Of a stretch of 64,000 bases of DNA, positions 59,950 through 64,000 are shown piece after piece; within the stretch, counting starts at the first letter, position 1; each line of letters starts with the position of its first letter. Where the stretch lies: the NCBI GenBank assembly GCA_963771175.1, contig CAVYSY010000033.1, positions 224,001-288,000 of the forward strand, read 5' to 3'. The DNA is from an uncultured delta proteobacterium (GTDB taxonomy: Bacteria; Myxococcota; Myxococcia; Myxococcales; Myxococcaceae). Made by a program: the position numbers and the translations under genes. Under the pieces are notes generated by a model. It was given only the letters and a program-made list of their open reading frames with translations. It did no database searches and was not told where the DNA came from.

Positions 59950-60486
59950 CTAGCGGATGTTGCCGATCGCGTTCTTCGACGTATCGTGCCGCGTCTTCAG
60001 CACGTTGGAAATGGTGCTGAACACCTGGTTCTCCTTCTGCATGGAGATCTGCACGCCCAGGAGCTTCTTCTGCTCGGAGAACATGCTCTGCATCTCTCCG
60101 TTGAACTCGCCGCCCACGTTGCTGTTACCGCCCACGTTGACGGAGCCGGTGCCGCCGGTGCTGCCACCCGGGATGCCACCGCCGGAGCCCACCGTGGTGT
60201 TCGCGGGCACGCCGCCCGAGGACAGGGCCGCGCCGACGTAGGGGGCCGAGCCGGAGCCGCTCGAGTTGCTGAAAGTGGTCAGCGAGGACACCGCGGCGGA
60301 CACCACGGAGCCACCGGGCACCAGGTTGGCCGCCATGCCCACGCCACCAGCCACCACGTTGGCCGCGGTGCCAACACCCGACTGCACGCGAGCCGAGAAG
60401 CTCGTGTCCGGGGTCGCCCGGGCCGTCGTCATGTTGGTGGACATCCGGGGCATGTTCAGCGAGCTGTCGATTCCCTTCACACTCAT
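59950..60486 (-). CDS. Candidate T3SS substrate/filament subunit with SctF-like C-terminus
   Basis: C-terminus LLGVQISMQKENQVFSTISNVLKTRHDTSKNAIGNIR. Confidence 0.62.
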   Translation of the reverse strand: MSVKGIDSSLNMPRMSTNMTTARATPDTSFSARVQSGVGTAANVVAGGVGMAANLVPGGSVVSAAVSSLTTFSNSSGSGSAPYVGAALSSGGVPANTTVGSGGGIPGGSTGGTGSVNVGGNSNVGGEFNGEMQSMFSEQKKLLGVQISMQKENQVFSTISNVLKTRHDTSKNAIGNIR

Positions 60487-60554
60487 GGTTCTTCTCCAGG
60501 CAATGGAACGACCAGGTTCAGAGCCCCGTGGGGTCCGGCGCTCTCACTCCTGCA

Positions 60555-60581
60555 TTATCGGTGATCGCCCGACGCAGTTGC
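60555..60581 (-). promoter_or_regulatory. Sigma28-like promoter GCAA-N15-ACCGATAA
   Basis: Near-consensus -10 and exact 15-nt spacer; shares ACGCAACT with the 43582 copy. Confidence 0.75.
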
Positions 60582-60623
60582 GTCTGATCCAAATAAAAAG
60601 GCGATCAGACCCCAAAACGCCTG

Positions 60624-60896
60624 TTATTTCCGGCCCTTACCCTTGGACTCGGCCACGAGCCGCTCGCGCGTCTCCAGCAGCACGCCGAGCAATTCCTCGG
60701 TACGGGCAATGGCCGTCTGGGCCTTCTTGGCCTGCTCCGCCTTGGGGCCCTTGAGGTTGGCCAGCTCTTTCTTCGCCGGAGAGAAGAGCGACTGGACCTC
60801 TTCGGCGGAGGCACGCTCGATGAAGGACTCGATGGCCGGGAACGAGGGCGTGGGCAGCGGATCGACGGGGGCGGTCTGCTTGGACGGCGGAGGCAT
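60624..60896 (-). CDS. Small helical hypothetical protein at the head of the T3SS cluster
   Basis: AGGAG RBS; 90-aa ORF with high GC3. Confidence 0.65.
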   Translation of the reverse strand: MPPPSKQTAPVDPLPTPSFPAIESFIERASAEEVQSLFSPAKKELANLKGPKAEQAKKAQTAIARTEELLGVLLETRERLVAESKGKGRK

Positions 60897-61159
60897 GGTG
60901 GAAACGTCTCCTGTCTGTGCCAGCCCAGGGGGGGCCAGCGCGGTCGGATGGCCCTGACGGTAGGGGAAAAGCCCCTCCGGGTTCAAGCTGCCTGCCCCCC
61001 AGGCGGGGCGCCGCTCCACAACGAGACGCCCGAGGAGGGCTCAGGCGCGCCCGTTTCCCGCCCCCGCCCTGTCCCATTCTCAAGGTGCACCTAGGTTTTT
61101 CCCAGCGGGAGGCACGGCCATGGGGGGCACGGCCACCGCCTGACGAGGAGAGACATCAC

Positions 61160-61697
61160 ATGACGAAGAAGCTTGTGGGGCTGTTCGCGTCCGTGGCGCT
61201 GCTGGGCTCCGGCATGGCGTTGGCGAACAACGAGGAGAAGAGCAAGGAGCAGCAGCAGAGCCAAAGTGGCCAGCAGATGGGCGGCGAGGCCACCGGTGGC
61301 GCCGGCCAGCAGACGGGCGGCATGCAGCAGATGGGCGAGAAGCAGGTCAGCGGCACCGTGGTGAAGAGCAGCTCCGATGAAGTGAAGCTGCGGACCGACA
61401 ACGGCATCATCGCCGTCAAGGTCAACAAGGACACCAAGTTCCAGGATCCCAGCCTCAAGCGCGCGCGCGATCTCAAGGAAGGCCAGCAGGTGCGCACCAG
61501 CTTCGAGATCAAGGACGACCAGAACGTCGCCAAGAGCATCTCGCTGGACACCAGCATGGGTGGTAGCGGCATGGAACCGGACACGGGCATCAACCAGCAG
61601 CCGAGTGACACGGGCGGCTCGGGGCTCGACCAGCCCATCGACCAGCCCATCGACGCGAGCCGACATGGGCGGCGACAAGGGCGACAAGACCTATTAG
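61160..61697 (+). CDS. Secreted protein with OB-fold-like (DUF5666-like) domain; 3' end probably frameshifted
   Basis: GAGGAG RBS; signal MTKKLVGLFASVALLGSGMALA; VSGTVV...VNKDTKF..DLKEGQQV. Confidence 0.65.
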
Positions 61698-61728
61698 GCA
61701 GGCAGTCACCCCGCGAGAATGTTCCCTC

Positions 61729-61759
61729 TGCTCGCGGCCTCACCCCGAGGCCGCGAGCA
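61729..61759. terminator. Perfect 13-bp hairpin
   Basis: TGCTCGCGGCCTC-ACCCC-GAGGCCGCGAGCA. Confidence 0.6.
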
Positions 61760-61836
61760 TCGCTCAGTTCCTTCAGTATTGACTGAATGTCCTGACACGG
61801 ACATGGTGCGCGACTCCGGCCCCGGGGGTACCGCGC

Positions 61837-62355
61837 ATGCTTCAGGACGGTTTGAGCGCAGAGGAGGAACGGTTCATCGAGTCGATGGGCCTGTTCTTCG
61901 AGCGCCAGGGCGTGCCGCGCATCGGCGGCCGCATCCTCGGGCTGCTGCTGCTCGCCGAGAAGCCGCTGGCGCTCGGTGAGCTCGCCGAGCTGCTCCGGGT
62001 GAGCCCGGCCTCGGTGTCCACCAACATCCGCCAGCTCCAGGCCAGCGGTCTCGTGGACCCGGCCAGCATCCCGGGTGATCGCCGGCACTACTACGTCTTC
62101 AACAACGCGGGCTGGGATCACCGGCTCGAGCTGGCGATCTCCGCCATGGATGCCCTGGCCCGGCTGTGCCAGGACGCGCTCGCCATGCCCGCGCTGCGCA
62201 GCCGCCACAATCTGAACGAGGCGGTGGAGTTCTGCGATTTCTACCGCCAGGAGTTGGTCGGTGCCTCCGAGCGCTGGCGCGCCCGCTTCACGCGCAAGCC
62301 CGGCACCCAGCCCCCCTCCCCTTCCGCGCGCCCACGCCGGAACACCCTCCGCTAA
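61837..62355 (+). CDS. GbsR/MarR-family transcriptional regulator
   Basis: FIESMG..F...GVPRIGGRILGLLL, SPASVSTNIRQL, GDRRHYY. Confidence 0.88.
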   Translation: MLQDGLSAEEERFIESMGLFFERQGVPRIGGRILGLLLLAEKPLALGELAELLRVSPASVSTNIRQLQASGLVDPASIPGDRRHYYVFNNAGWDHRLELAISAMDALARLCQDALAMPALRSRHNLNEAVEFCDFYRQELVGASERWRARFTRKPGTQPPSPSARPRRNTLR

Positions 62356-62401
62356 CCCTCCACCCGCCTTCCCCCGGTTCGCAGAAAGGACCGCACCCGC
62401 C

Positions 62402-63165
62402 ATGACCCAGCTCACTGCCGTACCCGGCGGAGCCAAACCGATTGTCTCCCTCTCCGACGTCACCAAGACGTACTCCCTGGGCAAGGTGGAGGTGCCCGCG
62501 CTGCGCGGGGTGACCCTCGAGGTGTACCCGGGCGAGTTCCTCTCCATCGCCGGCCCGTCGGGCAGCGGCAAGACCACGCTGCTCAACCTGATCGGCTGCG
62601 TGGACACGCCCACCTCGGGCACGGTGAAGGTCGCCGGCCAGGACACCAAGCAGCTCTCCGAGCGGCAGCTCACCGACCTGCGCCTGCACACCATCGGCTT
62701 CATCTTCCAGAGCTTCAACCTGGTCTCGGTGCTCAGCGTCTTCCAGAACGTGGAGTTCCCGCTGCTGCTGCAGCGCAAGCTGCAACGCGCGCGAGCGCCG
62801 CGCAGCGGGTGATGGAGCTGCTCGAGCAGGTGGGCCTCGCGAAGCACGCCAAGCACCGGCCCAACGAGCTGTCCGGCGGCCAGCGCCAGCGCGTGGCCGT
62901 CGCGCGCGCGCTGGTCACCCGCCCCAAGCTCGTGCTCGCCGACGAGCCCACCGCCAACCTCGACTCGGTGACCGGCCAGAACATCATCGACCTGATGAAG
63001 GAGCTGAACCGCAAGGAGGGCACCACCTTCATCTTCTCCACCCACGACGCCAAGGTGATGGCCCACGCCAACGCGGTGGTGCGGCTGGCGGACGGGAAGA
63101 TCGTCGACCGCATCACGCCGGCCGAGGCCGCAGCGGCGCCATGGCCGCGTCCGGGGGCCACTGAT
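62402..63165 (+). CDS. LolD/MacB-type ABC transporter ATP-binding protein, frameshifted near 62790
   Basis: GPSGSGKTT, IGFIFQSFNL, LSGGQRQRVA, LADEPTANLD, STHD. Confidence 0.9.
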
Positions 63166-64000
63166 GAGGCCAGCTCGAGCTCCTGGGCTTGCCAGATCGC
63201 CCTGCGCAACCTGTTCGCCAGCCGGCTCAAGACCGCTCATCGGCGGCATCATCTTCTTCGGCACCGTGCTGGTGGTGGTCGGCAGCGCGCTGCTCGACAG
63301 CATGGACGAGGCGATGAGCCGCAGCATCATCGGCAGCGTCGCCGGCCACCTCCAGGTGTACTCGGACGAAGTCCAAGGACGAGCTGGCCCTCTTCGGCCA
63401 GATGGGCGGCGAGCCGGACCTGCGCCCGATCGAGGACTTCTCGCGCGGTCAAGGAGCCGGCTGCAGAAGCTCCCCAACGTGAAGACGGTGGTGCCCATGG
63501 GCACCGCCGGCGCCCTCGTCACCTCGGGCAACACCGTCGACCTGACGCTCGCGCGCCTGCGCGACCTCTACAAGAAGCGCCGCCCAGGGCGAGACGCCCG
63601 AGCTGCGCGACGCAGATCGACAGCCTCCAAGGCGCACGTGCGCCAGCATGATCGCCCTGCTGCGAGGAGGACCTGAAGCGGCGCAGCGCGCTCGTGGACG
63701 ACGAAGGCCACGGACCCGGCCGACGGCGAGGCGCCTCGCCCGCGCGCCGCTCCGACGCGTTCTGGGCCGACTTCGACAAGGACCCCTTCGACGCGCTGGA
63801 GTTCCTGGAGAACCGCATCGCCCCGCAGGTCGACGGACGGCGACATGCTCTTCGTGCGCTACGTCGGGCACCGACCTCGACGCCTTCCAGAAGACCTTCG
63901 ACCGCATGCGAGATCGTGGAGGCGCAGCCGGTGCCCACGGGCCAGCGCGGCATGCTCCTCGCCAAGTTCTCCTACGAGGAGTGCATCAAGCTGAAGACCG
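63164..64000 (+). CDS. LolC/E (FtsX-like) ABC permease, multiple frameshifts, runs off the window
   Basis: IALRNL, GGIIFFGTVLVVVG, GHLQVYS in changing frames; follows the ATPase. Confidence 0.7.

Noticed and set aside
1..64000. CRISPR arrays, tRNA/rRNA, IS elements, prophage or known defence systems
   Set aside because: No spaced direct repeats, RNA gene signatures, transposase, integrase or phage motifs seen; the repeats found are coding low-complexity tracts

Overview
High-GC (~70%) chromosomal DNA from a myxobacterium (gene content and order typical of Myxococcales/Cystobacterineae; inferred, not searched). The left part holds sppA (5'-truncated), rho with a long Q/R-rich N-terminal extension, several accessory genes (GH5-like, Ser/Thr kinase, CBM32-lyase lipoprotein, PilZ fusion, HelD-like helicase, PQQ-dehydrogenase/cytochrome c fusion, pstS) and a DUF4129-DUF4350-MoxR-DUF58 operon with SpoIIM and RDD partners. 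Between spoIIM-like and RDD lies a ~10 kb signalling block: adenylate cyclase, kinase with a pseudo-receiver, LysM-FecR protein, expansin lipoprotein and a divergent 859-aa cyclase-like protein. The right part (40.9-60.9 kb, minus strand) is an atypical type III secretion gene cluster (sctV,U,T,S,R,Q,P,O,N,L,J, FliO- and FliG-like genes, three TPR chaperones, FliA-like sigma) with no secretin. The strongest new signals are three matching sigma28-type promoters in front of small candidate substrates, two of which end in needle-subunit-like C-termini, and an FlgM-like ORF directly upstream of the sigma gene; together they suggest a flagellum-style late-gene checkpoint in a non-flagellar T3SS. 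More than a dozen genes carry 1-nt frameshifts, most likely sequencing errors. No rRNA, tRNA, CRISPR or IS element was seen.
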